Below are positions 26,850 through 40,584 of a stretch of DNA of 64,000 nucleotides, piece by piece. Source of the stretch: Eledone cirrhosa (lineage: Eukaryota). Position 1 is the first letter of the stretch; every line of letters starts with the position of its first letter. A model generated the notes under the pieces. The model did not search any database. It saw only the letters and a list, made by a program, of their open reading frames with translations, and was not told the DNA's origin. The translations under genes were made by a program, and so were the position numbers. The DNA is taken from the NCBI GenBank assembly GCA_964016885.1, contig OZ024740.1, positions 257,362,001 to 257,426,000 on the forward strand. Reading direction: 5' to 3'.

Positions 26850-28405
26850 AGGCATGTGCTCAATGTGCAATATGCAGTGGATGGCAGCTAGGTGGCTGGG
26901 TTCATGCGACTCTGCGGAAATGACAGATTTAGTTGGAAGTTACTTGTTACTTATCATCAGAGCTGAAACCCAACCCTTGCAAGACGGAATATATAGGGAC
27001 TGCGCCCTATTTGCAGTCCACAATTGCACTAATCGAGGCATTGACTTGCTCAAAAAGCGAATTACATAGATTTTTTTTAAATAACGATCTCTCTATCACC
27101 ATCGAGCCGAACCATATGGTAGTAAACTTCCTGGACGTTACCCTATATCTTAACAATAACTTATATTACCCTTATCATAAACCAGGTGAAATACTTACAT
27201 ATATTAGACCACACTTTAACCACCCACCGGCAGTCATCAGAGCAGTTATCAAATCTAACTCGTATAGGATCTCCATGCTATCCGCAAATGAGGAGATATT
27301 TATAAACCATGCGGCATATTATAATAAGGCTCTTTCAGAATCTGGTTATGAACAGTCCATTTACTACATACCTAAATGCCATAACACAGAACTAGAAATA
27401 CTTTAGCATATAGCCAGATTCGCCGGAATTTTAGCAGTAACAGCACCTATACAGGGAACCTTAATGTTGGCAGAGGCCTACTTCCCACTCCCAGTAGCAG
27501 AATCAGAACTAGAATAGGAATGAGCAATGGGATGACAAATAACAAATGCCCAGGTAATAATAACCCTATGAAGGCCCCTGCCAACTCCACTAGAACCCCT
27601 AAAAGAAATAGACCTAGAAATATCACCTGGCTTAACCCCCCCCCCATTCTCATCTAACTTAGCCACTAATATCCCTAAACGCTTCTTCTCTATCCTATCT
27701 ACCCCCCAACCATAGATATTACAAACACTTTAATAAAAACAACATTAAAATCCCATTCTCTACAATACCTAACCTAGCTAGCCACATCGTATTCAGTAAG
27801 CATCATAAACTAAGACAGTATAACTCCCACAGCACGGTACCATTACCACCCTCAAATACACCACGCCACTACACCAATACTTACTATAGTAGCACACCTC
27901 CCCCATCTAATCCTTCTAGCGCGCACCAACTGCATAGTTTAAACAACCCTACCCTCACTAACCGCAGCAGTAACTGCAACTGCTGTTACCCTAATGCATG
28001 CCCACTAAACGGACAATGCCTTACACCCAATACAGTTTATAGGTGCACAGTTAAAACAGCATCGCATACCAGCTCCTATATTGGCTTTACCTCTAACTCT
28101 TTTAAGGTACGCTATAACGCGCACTCATTTTCCTTCTGAGACCCTAGCAATAATGTTCAACATCTCTAGCTAGGCTCATTAAAAACCTTAAATTAACCAA
28201 CATTGAACACTCACTAACATGGGATATCTTGGCTAGAGCCCGACCGTTCAATGGACGAAGAAACTCTTGTGATCTCTGTCTTACCGAAGCCTATTACATA
28301 ACTCTATCACGACCTCTACCGCTTAATGATAGAACGGAGGTAACTATTAGCTGTCAACATCGAAGGGCTAATTCCTTCGCCAACAGAATATTTCACCCAA
28401 CATAG
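26850..28405 (+). mobile_element. 5'-truncated, frameshifted Penelope-like element, Naiad-like (RT C-half, thumb, GIY-YIG)
   Basis: GSCDSAEMTDLVGSYLL...GIYRD; VNFLDVTL...YYPYHKP...NHPP...RISMLS...ALSESGY; RNITWLNPP. By manual translation: CNCCYPNACPLNGQCL..NTVYRCTV...YIGFTSNSFKVRYNAH...TWDIL...CDLCLTE...LNDRTE...SCQH, stop at 28403-28405. Confidence 0.85.
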
Positions 28406-28765
28406 TCATCTATTCCCACCTTTACTCATAGCTAACATGTTAAATAGTTAACCCTTACTAAGATAATTATAAGTTACCTTCCTTACATTGTCTCTCACTT
28501 AAACTCATTAGCACTTCGTAACTATAAACGACCTACAATTTCTAATTTCTCGAGGAGTTACTACCACTCAAACCAGCCTCTAATTAGTAAGATAAATATG
28601 TCCTTTGGCGGCCATCGTGTTACCCATAGGCAGATCTTGCATAATGTAGCCTCGACAGAAGAATATTGCTCGCCTCTGGCAAACAATAGATAGACCCAGG
28701 ACACCATAGTGAAATACCAATATATGGAACATTACATTCATGTAACCATCTTATTATTGTTAAAT

Positions 28766-28978
28766 GGCGGTGGATTGGCAGTATCGGTAGAGGGTCGGAC
28801 GCCATGCTTTGCAGCATAGAGTTACGACACTTTATGATCTGAGCTCAAATCCCGCCGAGGTTAACTTTGCCTTTCATCCTTATGGGGTCGATAAAATAAA
28901 GTACCAGTCACGCACTGGGGTCGATTTAATCGACTTTCCCCTCACCCAAATTACTGGCCTTGTGCCTATATAAGAAAC

Positions 28979-29027
<49 letters not shown>
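28766..29027 (+). mobile_element. Full-length tRNA-derived SINE with (ATT)n tail
   Basis: A-box-like TGGCAGTATCGG, B-box-like GAGCTCAAATCC (GAGTTCAAATCC in other copies), conserved central GCCTTTCATCCTTATGGGGTCGATAAAATAAAGTACCAG (recalls the MetaSINE central domain, from memory), tail GGCCTTGTGCCTATATAAGAAACC(ATT)n; about 10 related copies in the window. Confidence 0.9.
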
Positions 29028-29028
<1 letters not shown>

Positions 29029-29133
29029 TTTACATTCCTTACATTAAACTACATCTATGTTGACAATCTTTAAATAATGTCTTCCTTGTGAAATTTGTGG
29101 TCTGTTTTGCTTAACTAATGAATAGATATATAT

Positions 29134-30462
<1,329 letters not shown>

Positions 30463-30575
30463 ATATGTGTATGTATATATACATATATATATATAGCGAA
30501 GGAAGTGTGTTAAGGAACCAGATGGACCATAATAGCCGTCGAAACGGCTTGAGCTCTGCCGTAGGAGTTAAACTT

Positions 30576-30696
<121 letters not shown>

Positions 30697-30704
30697 GACA
30701 CACA

Positions 30705-31213
30705 CACATAGGAGAGACAATTCGTTGTATAGGAGAGGGATTAAAGAAATACTGGAAAGATAACAGAATTAAAGATCCTATCCACACATAGAACCGACGC
30801 GACACTCAGACAAATTAGAGTGGCCTCTAGCATAATAGAATAGTGTCCTAGCCTTAACAGAAAACAAGAGTGGAATAGTAACAACCTGCAACTTAATGAC
30901 AGAAGACAGAATAATGACAAATTAAGACACAAACAACACAATAGCAAATGATACGAACCCACTCACGTAAACACGACAAACACGTACACAGAGTTGCAAG
31001 CGCAAAATGTGTACAGACACGAAACACATAAAACACACCATAAAACAATCAAAGAAAAGATGGTCTAAAAGTTTAAAGCCAAGAACACAAAACAGATAAT
31101 CAATGAGGATGGCACAAAATGTGTGACGAAAGAATTTGATACACATATGAGTAATGAACAAGATAAAGTGAAATGCGTTTCTTTGTATTGGCAATATTGG
31201 CGAAATGATCATC

Positions 31214-31215
<2 letters not shown>
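30705..31215 (+). mobile_element. PLE 3' fragment (Nematis-like GIY-YIG C-terminus plus pLTR with decayed hammerhead)
   Basis: [19 protein letters not shown] (YIGET motif) and DATLRQIRVASSIIE*CPSLNRKQEWN by manual translation; ATCA ATGAGGA TGGCAC...GTGAC GAAA GAAT T TGAT at 31099-31140 is related to 57541-57583 (-). Confidence 0.6.
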
Positions 31216-31302
<87 letters not shown>

Positions 31303-31424
31303 GGAGGTGAGTTTTATTGTAGTACAATAAAGCAATGCAGATATCGGATAAGAAGCACTCTACAGTTTGTAGGACTGGAGTATGCATAATATAAGATCAA
31401 AAGATGGTTAAAGGAGTTCCATGT

Positions 31425-31493
31425 ATTTTATTATGCGCATTTCAAAAACAAACATCATCACGCAATAATATTTGTGTTTTCATCAGATAAAAC
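31425..31493 (-). ncRNA. Type I hammerhead ribozyme motif, core intact (left arm)
   Basis: Reverse complement of the motif at 32360-32428. Confidence 0.8.
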
Positions 31494-32359
31494 AGGAGAA
31501 CATGATATGAAGGCTAAAAAACACTTGTGGATAGTGCAGTTTTAAATCAACATATGAAAAGTGGTTTTAGATTGATGTGTGATATTGGTAAAAAAATATT
31601 TTATTTAGAGAGGGGGGGGGTTGGAAAGGATGAAAAGGGAAGGAGATGAGAGGGAGAGATGGGTGATAGAGAGAAAGAGAAAGAGATAGTTTTTATAACT
31701 GAGAGGAGATATATTTTTTACATAGAGAGGTTGAAAACCGTTGGAAGATACTGTATAAATTAAAAATTTTGAAAATTAACAAAGGGAGGATACGTGCGAG
31801 GAAAAAATATTTTATTTAGGGAGGGGGGGGGGAATGAAAAAAAGGGGGAGGAGATGAGAGTGAAGGTGGAGAGGGAGAGATGGGTGATAGAGAGAAAGAG
31901 ATAGTTTTTCTATGTTAAAACAATATATCTTTTTCTCAGTTATAAAAACTATCTCTTTCTCTCTATCACCCATCTTTCCCTCTCCACCTTCACTCTCATC
32001 TCCTCCCCCTTTTTTTCATCCTTTCCCCCCCCCCCTCCCTAAATAAAATATTTTTTCCTCGCACATATCCTCCCTTTGTTAATTTTCAAAATTTTTAATT
32101 TATACAGTATCTTCCAACGGTTTTCAACCTCTCTATGTAAAAAATATATCTCCTCTCAGTTATAAAAACTATCTCTTTCTCTCTATCACCCATCTCTCCC
32201 TCTCATCTCCTTCCCTTTTCATCCTTTCCAACCCCCCCCCCTCTCAAAATAAAATATTTTTTTCCCAATATCACACATCAATCTAAAACCACTTTTCATA
32301 TGTTGATTTAAAACTGCACTATCCACAAGTGTTCTTTAGCCTTCATATCATGTTCTCCT

Positions 32360-32428
32360 GTTTTATCTGATGAAAACACAAATATTATTGCATGATGATG
32401 TTTGTTTTTGAAATGCGCATAATAAAAT
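32360..32428 (+). ncRNA. Type I hammerhead ribozyme motif, core intact (right arm)
   Basis: GTTTTAT CTGATGA aaacACAAATATTATT-gcat-GATGATGTTTGTtttt GAAA TGCGCA TA ATAAAAT. Confidence 0.82.
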
Positions 32429-32459
32429 ACATGGAACTCCTTTAACCATCTTTTGATCT

Positions 32460-32501
<42 letters not shown>

Positions 32502-32504
32502 TAA

Positions 32505-33251
32505 ATATAAATTAGAGAGAATCGTATTTCGGCTTTGGAATTAGCGAAAAACAACTTCCGAGATGTATGGCCAGCGCTCAATAATTCTGAAGAATCAGAG
32601 CTACAACATACGTTAAAGGCCAAACACACTGAGACGATGGTTAAACCGTCATCCGCACACCCATAGAAACGACCAAGAAATTCGGGTCAAACAAATAAAA
32701 AGATATGTGATTGAAAAATTTACCCGGACCCCGGGATGGTTGGTAAAATCCAGCATTTGGGTTTCTGCGACTCCTAAATCAAGTACTGTCCGGTTAGACA
32801 AATAATGTTAGGCTTCTGGTAAGATGATTAAACAAGGAAGTCACTTTCTCAACAGGTTTTAGTTCAAGTGCCAGGCGAAGGAATGACCGTTACCGTTAAA
32901 CACGTGGGGCTCGACAGGGAGACAACCCCTATTTTTCGGGGATGATATTCAGTATGTGTATATTATTGCAAAAATGCAAAATATCACAAAACGAATTAAG
33001 CTCTCAACAGAATGGTTATAAGTTAACAAAAGCTATTCCTCAGAATCAACAAAAAAAGCAGGAAAATTAACTGGTCAATAGCTAGACTCTGGAGATTAAT
33101 ACGAATATAAATTAGCGAGAATCGTATTTCGGCTTTGGAATTAGTGAAAAACAACTTCCGGTTAGACAAATAATGTTAGGCTTCTGGTAAGATGATTAAA
33201 CAAGGAAGTCACTTTCTCAGCAGGTTTTTGTTCAAGTGCCAGGCGAAGGAA

Positions 33252-33254
<3 letters not shown>
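32505..33254. repeat. (TA)n-bounded island with about 600-bp tandem periodicity; the second unit is internally deleted
   Basis: 32505-32560 plus 32793-32886 recur contiguously at 33105-33253; the deleted ~230 bp is bounded by TCCG microhomology. Confidence 0.8.
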
Positions 33255-33301
<47 letters not shown>

Positions 33302-33479
33302 GCAAATGTGAGAATCAGAATGTAATAACTGTCCATCACTATAAACAATCCGTTAAAATACCTTTAGAAACGGAAAAAAAGTGAAATATCTATATCTACA
33401 TATACCTCTCTATCAACCTGTCTATTCCTCTCTATCTTCCAGTTTCTGTGGAAGAAGCAGGCTCCACTGGTGAGGAGCT

Positions 33480-34434
33480 CCTTCAGCTGTCAGCACCCTT
33501 CCAACGGAGGGCTGGGAATGCCGTGGTGATGATGCGCAAACATGTGTTGAGGCTGCGGCACCTCCAGGTATTCCTCACCGACCCCCAGCCGGTGTGGGCA
33601 CCGTTTTTGAGACAGGCTTTCCCACAGCTCGTATCGCTGATGGAGCTGCAGTCCTGGGTCAAGAAAAGACCGAAAACGATGGGCGCCTGGCACATTGAAT
33701 GCGCTCAGGCGCTCACAGTCCTCTGGCAAGCGGGCGCAGCAATCAGTGGAGACTCCACTTCGACATTCTATAGAGGGATTGTACGTTACAAGGGCGACGA
33801 CGTGCTCGGAGAGACTCTGGGCGTCGAAGACGATGAGCTCACCAGTCTATTTGGTAGGACTTTCCGCTCGGGACCTATGGACAACTTCCAGAGCTCCCTG
33901 GCCTGGCAGTGCTACCGAGGAGCTCTACCGGTTCGTGACAAGATCTACAGGCACGGACGCTTCGGCAGGGATCCTTCCAAGAGGACGTGAAAGAAGTTAT
34001 ATGGTGGACGAGGTTGAGAGGACTGAGGACAAATGCCTTTCTCTCCGGAGAACAATTGATTCCCTTCTTTAAGTATCACTTTAGAAGGAGAATCAGGGTG
34101 GAGAGAGAGGCACTGCACCCCAGTATATTTACTGAAAGGTGGGTGAATGAAGCAAAAATGGTCCGAGTGATTGGGCCTTCTTGTTTATAAGCCTGTAGGT
34201 TGAGGAAGAGAGCAAAATGAAGAAAGGGGCACTTGCACAACACGCTCCTGGAGTTGAGGGTTGTTCTATCGGCGGGGTATTAAACAACCCATTTGTGACG
34301 CTTCCCCCCTATTGGGGATTTCGATTGTTGTAATTGTTTGTTTTTATATTTTTTACACGACTGTATGTAAAATCCCCGGCATGTCTTTGTATTATCCCCT
34401 TTTCTTGTGCGCCCTTGTGGCTAATAAAGAAATA
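33480..34434 (+). mobile_element. 3' fragment of a Tx1-like LINE
   Basis: VWAPFLRQAFPQLVSLMELQSWVKKRP (matches 700-828, minus strand), LAWQCYRGALPV, KEVIWWTRL; ends GCCCTTGTGGCTAATAAAGAAAT. Confidence 0.85.
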
Positions 34435-34558
34435 TATCTATGTATCTGTATATATGTATATATATATATATGTATATATATATATGTATGTATATGTATG
34501 TATATATATATGTATATATATATATATATATATTAGAATTGATGCTCTGAAATAGCGA

Positions 34559-34833
34559 TATATATATGAATGTATATATAGTGTATTTTGCAATACACTG
34601 TATGCTTAATTAAAAGCATTTTGAAGACCACACGCTATTGTTTTAAAATAGTGACAATGTCACTTATTTAAATTTTCAGCAAACAGGTGGAGATAAACTG
34701 ACAGACCTCCGTTTCGAAATTGTTGGTACTTATCAAATAAGTGACATTGTCACTATTTTAAAACAACAGCGTATGGTCTTCAAAATGCTTTTAATTAAGC
34801 ATACAGTGTATTGCAAAATACACTATATATACA

Positions 34834-34840
<7 letters not shown>
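34559..34840. repeat. Inverted repeat with about 110-bp arms and a 65-bp loop, in (TA)n
   Basis: ATGAATGTATATATAGTGTATTTTGCAATACAC...GTCACTTATTT mirrored; the loop on the minus strand contains GAAAC GGAGGTCT GTC (hammerhead 3'-half-like). Confidence 0.88.
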
Positions 34841-34900
<60 letters not shown>

Positions 34901-34906
<6 letters not shown>

Positions 34907-35056
34907 TATTAAAATAACAGATTAAAGTTTAAGCAAAGGATCGCTGCTTTCACCCTTAACGGGATCTTCTGAAACTTACTAGTTTCAGAAGATCCCGTTA
35001 GGGGTGAAAGCAGCGATTCTTTTCTTAAACTTTAATCTGTTATTTTAATAAATAAT
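34901..35056. repeat. Inverted repeat with about 76-bp arms and a 4-bp loop, next to (TA)n
   Basis: ATTATTTATTAAAATAACAGATTAAAG...CTTCTGAAACT tact AGTTTCAGAAG...CTGTTATTTTAATAAATAAT; the arms start with HHR-like CAGAAGA T CCC-gtta-GGG GT GAAA. Confidence 0.88.
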
Positions 35057-35138
35057 TGCTCTATGGTTCTTATATATTTGATATATATTTATCCTTATCA
35101 AGCCCTCTTTGGATTTTTGTCTTCAAATTTACTATTAT

Positions 35139-35184
<46 letters not shown>

Positions 35185-35185
<1 letters not shown>

Positions 35186-35950
35186 TCCAGGGGGTGTAAC
35201 TTGGAGTTACTGCAGGTTCACCCGGGAGAGCACTCGATGTTTAGGTTCACTTCTGTGATGAGGTGTAGAGATATACAGAGTGTAATATATTGAAATGAAA
35301 ACAAGGACGATTTATTACTCCTTCATTGCATTTATTGGTAGGTGACGCGAGTTTCACCACTGATCAGCTCAAGGTTCGATCTGTATCGATCCTACCCGAC
35401 TCAATAATCGGCGGTTCGACGGACCCTTTAAAATGCTATAAGAAAATGAAATACATGCTATGCGGTAAAGAAAGAATTTCAAGAGTTTGACAATGTGAGT
35501 TATTTTGATTGGTGGGAAGGATCAAAGGGATGTACTGGCCTGTAGTGTATGTGGGGGTGGATGTGATGGTGAGATGTTGGTGACGGTCGCTGGCTGCGAT
35601 GGGCTGTGGTGGTGGCGGATTGGCATTGGCCTGAGGTGTATGTGGGGGTGGATGTGATGATGAGATGGTGGTGACGGTCGCTGCCTGAGGTGGGCTGTGG
35701 TGTGGTCGTGTCGGGATGGCTTTGGCCTGTAGTTTATATGGGGGTGGATGTGATGATAAGATGGTGGTGACGGTCGCTTACTGGGGTGGGCTGTGGTGTT
35801 GGGGTAGTGGGTTGTCGGTAGACAGGTTGGCGTGTGCGGGGTGTGGTTGTGGTGTTGTTGTTTATGGTAGTGGCGTTTGTGGTGGTGTGGTGTTGGTGGT
35901 GTCGAGTCTTTGGGGAGATACATACCTAGACACTCTTTGTCTGACAAATA
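35185..35950 (-). mobile_element. Longer copy of the 26.1-26.5 kb terminal-repeat family, with an internal ~90-bp G/T-rich tandem repeat
   Basis: 35185-35455 matches 26093-26255 and the reverse complement of 26270-26531; GGCCTGTAGTGTATGTGGGGGTGGATGTGATGGTGAGATG units at about 35537, 35628 and 35724. Confidence 0.72.
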
Positions 35951-36331
35951 CGTTGTTTATATATATACATATATGTATACATGAGCTTATATACTGACAT
36001 ATATAGACTCGTACACACACACACCCGCGCCCACATATATCCACACACACATATATATCCATATGCATATATACACACATGTATGTGCATGCGCGCGTGT
36101 GGATATATATAGGGAGAGTGGGGGAGTATTGGTGGGGGTGACGTAGGACTAAGATGGAGGGAAGGTGAGAGCCAATGGAGATGGTGTTATACATATAGAC
36201 ATACACATACATACACACATACACACATACGGATATGCGCACATACACATACACACACCTATACATAAACATACACATACACACACGTATACACCCACAT
36301 ACACATACACACACACACACATACAGATACA

Positions 36332-36371
<40 letters not shown>

Positions 36372-38415
36372 CACGCACGCATATGTATACGCACGTATAT
36401 ATAAAAAAAATACTTACACACAGACACACACACTTGCGTTGGTTCGAGAGGGGAGGTATGTGTTGGCGGTGTTGATGATGTATGGAGTTGTGTCTTGTGG
36501 TGGTGGTGGTGGAGTTGTGAGCGACAAAAATATACAGGATCGAATAATACGATGGGTTACAGGTTAAAAGGTGACATAGGGAACGCGGGGGAAAAGAGTT
36601 TATGGACGTATAGTGATGTGTGTTGTGGTCATGGTGGTGGTGGTGGTGCAGGGGTGATATGTTCGACAAAATGATTACATGATCAGAAGTTACGGTGGGT
36701 TACAGGGTACGGCAGACGGCTGGGGGGGGGGGGGGGCGGCTATAACACAGTCGATCTGGGAGTGAGGGATGATATGTGTTGATGATGTTAATGATGTTAA
36801 TGATTGTTGAAGTATGTGGATGTATCTAGTGGTCGCGGTGGTGGTGTGTGTGCCACAGTACATTTACAGGGTCGAATTTAGCGTGGGGTTGTAGGTTAGG
36901 GTAAGCAGAGGGAACGTGGAGGGATAATGTAGCAAGTGTGGATGGTAGACATATGACGATGTGTGCTGTAGTGGTGGCGACGGTGTGATATGATCGACAT
37001 TGTATTTATACGATCAGATGTTACTATGGTTTGCAAGGTAAAAGCTGACAGAGAGGACAGATAGAACCCAATGTTGCAAGGTTGAGGGGTGTATGGCGAT
37101 GTGATTTTTGGTGGGGGTGATGTATGCGGCATGATATACAAAATGCGGGGTTACAAATGGTTACATGCTATACAATAAAATAAATTCACTGAGATGGGCG
37201 ATGGTGAGACGGGGCAGAGGTGGTTATTATTATGCTGGGTCATGGTTATATATATATAACTGAACATATAAACTCTGAAATTAAGAATTTAGCTGAAATT
37301 ATACCAACAGTTATCAAAGATACAAGAGAATGCCCGTCAGAACAAAACGAAAGAAATGTGGAAAACAAATCACATCAAAATAAGAAAAGAAATGTGGAAG
37401 GCATGGAAAATATTTCTTAACATAGGAAAACAAAACTTCTGGAAAGCATACAAATGCAAAATATATGTCTAAACACATTCGAAATGGCTCTCTCTAACTG
37501 CACCCATACTCCCTCGTAAATACCTAATTACACAAATTGCAGGAGTACCAGAAGAAGAAACAAAATCCCGATGGGAATTTACATTGACAAAATTCAGGAC
37601 CAACATCTCCATTTCTCAATGTAAACAATCTCGCTACAAAGCCAAATATGAAGCTATTGATGTCCAAATTGAAGTCGAAATTTCAAAGCTAACGACTGGT
37701 AATATAGCTGAAAAACTACGAGAATTATGGATCAGAGATACCTCAAATGAAGAAAGCAAATCAAGAAGGTTATGCCAGCGGAAACAATTATTTCTGGACG
37801 AATATGTTGCAAATTACGGTAAAGACTCTGGAACTCTGAGAAAAAGCATTAAAAGTTTTCAATCTCACCAATACAACATACGCCAAAACACGTGGCAACA
37901 CAAAAACTCACCTACCTTGAAACAAAGAAGACTACGGTAAGAGCTTTTTCTACAAAAACACCCTAACGCACACAACATGAACACAAAGCACAAACACGAT
38001 AGATATTCCTTTGACCTGACCATGAGAAGTAGAAAAACCAGGAGATCATTCTCAAGATCTCAACAGAGATTACCCACAAGAAACTGGGCGAAAAAACGAT
38101 CTAAACCTGAAAGCAAACCTAGGTCATTTTCCCAGATTGGTAAAAATAATGCTAACAAGAAATGGAAAAATAATATACATAATATCAAAAATAGGACAAA
38201 AATATAACGAAACCAAATATAATATCACGACCAAAAGTTCATCAAGCAAACACGAAAAGGAATATAAATCATGAACAGAGAAAAATCCATTTTTTAACGT
38301 CAGGACAACAAAAACCGGAAAAAGAAAAACTCCAGGAGGAAACATATCCAAAACAACTGTACACGTAGATCCTAAAATAATTAATTTATCCAAAAGAGAT
38401 CTTGACAATGATGAA

Positions 38416-40584
38416 ATGCAAATTCTGTCAACAGGACTGAAATTCACACCGACTCCAACAGTCAACCACCAAGAACTGAAGGAGGATACCCAAGAATTAT
38501 GTCGTAAATTACGTCTTGTAGAATTCTTCGCTAAAAATAATGAGAGTGATGAATCACTAGTAAAGAATAAATCAAATTTCACTCCGCCAAAAAGAAGAAA
38601 TATCTATCTCGACCAATACATTGACATCCTGTCTAAATTTCCTCTTAGACGTAATACTAATGTTAGGCCAAACATTAACAAATCAGAAATGTCTGCACTT
38701 AAACGTATACAAAATGATAAAACAATAATAATTAAACAAGCAGATAAAGGGGGTGCAGTTGTTATAATGGATGCTGAATACTACAAAGATTTGGTTGAGG
38801 AACAACTGAAAGACACAACATTCTATCATGAAAAACCGTCAAATATAGACCACAACATCATGAAGAAGATCAAAAACCTTGCTTCAAAATACCACAACTC
38901 ACTTACTGATAAGGAAAGAGACTACATCACCAATTTTGAGCCCAAATCCAGCAACCTGTATGGCCTACCGAAAGTTCATAAGTCAAAAGAAATCCAACTG
39001 GCGGTAAAAGAACAAAACAGTGAGTACATTAAATTACTACACCCAAAAGACTTAAAACTTAGACCTATTATAGCTGGTCCAACATGCCCTACCCACAGTC
39101 TAAGCAATTTTGTTGACATTATTTTGAAACCACTATGTATTCACATACCCAGTTTCATCCGGGATGATATCGACTTCCTGTCCCATCTTCCCAAAACCAC
39201 GGAAACGAATTCACTTCTACTTAGTTTTGATGTGGTAAGCCTTTACACCAACATTACACATGATTTAGGAATAAAGGCGGTTAAATACTGGTTGGAAAAA
39301 CATAGAGAAGTGATTCCCACCATTTATATTAGACGCAGTGAAACATATTCTGGAAAACAAAATTTTTTCTTCAATGGAAAGAAGTACATCCAAATTAGAG
39401 GCACAGCGATGGGAACGAAGTTTGCTCCCGTTTACGCGAACTCTGTAATGGGATACTTAGAACAACAACTCTACCAAGAAATAGAGGAAAAATATAGCAC
39501 TGAATTTAGAAAGTACATTGAAAAATCTTGGAAAAGATACATTGACGACTGTTTCATCATCTGGACAGAATCTCTAGATACTTTGGATGAGTTCAATATC
39601 CCCCTGAATAACCTACACCTATCTCCCCAATTCACATAATAGATGAGTAGTACCGAATTACCATTCCTAGATATAATGGTAATCAAAAACGACACAACCA
39701 TTACCACGGATATATATTATAAACACACAGACACCCATCAATATCTGAATTTTAAGTCTTGCCATCCACATCATACAAAATGCAACATCCCATACTGCAT
39801 AGCCAGAAGAATGTGTACCATTGTAGAAGATACAAATACCAGGAACAAACGCCTAACAGAACTGAGAGAATGTTTGCTCAAACAAAAATACCCATCTCTA
39901 CTTATAGAAAATGGCATTCAGCGGGCTATAAAAATACCTATACAAAAATTTAGGACAACCCAAGGAAGAAGAAACCAAGAACTGGTCATACCATTTATAA
40001 TGACACACAACCCATGTCACCAGAATATCTTCAACACTGCCAAAGCAAACCTACCGATCATTGCTCAAAGTATTGAATTAAAAGGCTTAATCACAGACCG
40101 ATCTTTGACACTTAGTAAAAGACAGCCGAAAAATGTGAAGCAATTACTAACAAAAGCAAAGTTTGACCTTAACAACAAAGACCAATCATTCACTGTATCT
40201 AAATGCAATGATAGTCGATGTGGCACATGTCAATCCATACACACCGGTCAATATATGAACACAAAAACTGGAAAAATATTCCCAAATGCAAATATGAACT
40301 GCAAAAGCAGAAATGTAATTTACTCTATTAAATGCCCGAATTATGAAGAACTATATGTCGGTCAAACTGGAGATGCACTATCGGAACGTGCACGGGTGCA
40401 CCGACAGCAAATCAGAGACCCAGACGTCCATCAGATACCCCTGAGTAACCATCTAGCAACATGTGGTCAGAAAATATTTATAATATTTCTATTCTACAAA
40501 TTACACAGCCCAAGTGAAATCAAGATAAAAATTAAAGAAAAGAATTTTATTGAGAAATTCCAACCCAAGCTAAATGAACAATAA
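38416..40584 (+). pseudogene. PLE reverse transcriptase and GIY-YIG endonuclease (disrupted)
   Basis: LSTGLKFTPTP, KQADKGGAVVIMD, LYGLPKVHK, LRPII, FDVVSLYTNI, GTAMGTKFAPVYAN, WKRYIDDCFIIW, LPFLDI, SCHP, Cys linker KCNDSRCGTC...NCKSRNVIYSIKC...LYVGQT. In-frame TAA TAG at 39637-39642 and a locally shifted frame near 39320-39370. Confidence 0.93.

Larger units (their letters stand above)
31389..32463. mobile_element. About 1.07-kb near-perfect fold-back element with an outward-pointing hammerhead in each arm
   Basis: ATATAAGATCAAAAGATGGTTAAAGG...GAGATAGTTTTT (to 31909) mirrored from 31945 to ...CCTTTAACCATCTTTTGATCTTATAT; internal direct repeat at about 31592 and 31802; (TA)n to the right. Confidence 0.9.

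Noticed and set aside
27960-28405. Selenocysteine recoding in the Naiad-like element
   Set aside because: The conserved Cys positions are TGC/TGT. The single in-frame TGA (28137) is not at a Cys position and fits CGA-to-TGA decay.
28766-28860. tRNA gene
   Set aside because: A/B-box-like words belong to a multi-copy SINE head; no cloverleaf.
39637-39642. Programmed readthrough or two-ORF organisation of the PLE
   Set aside because: Two consecutive stops inside the RT/thumb plus other lesions are better explained by decay; PLEs normally have one ORF.
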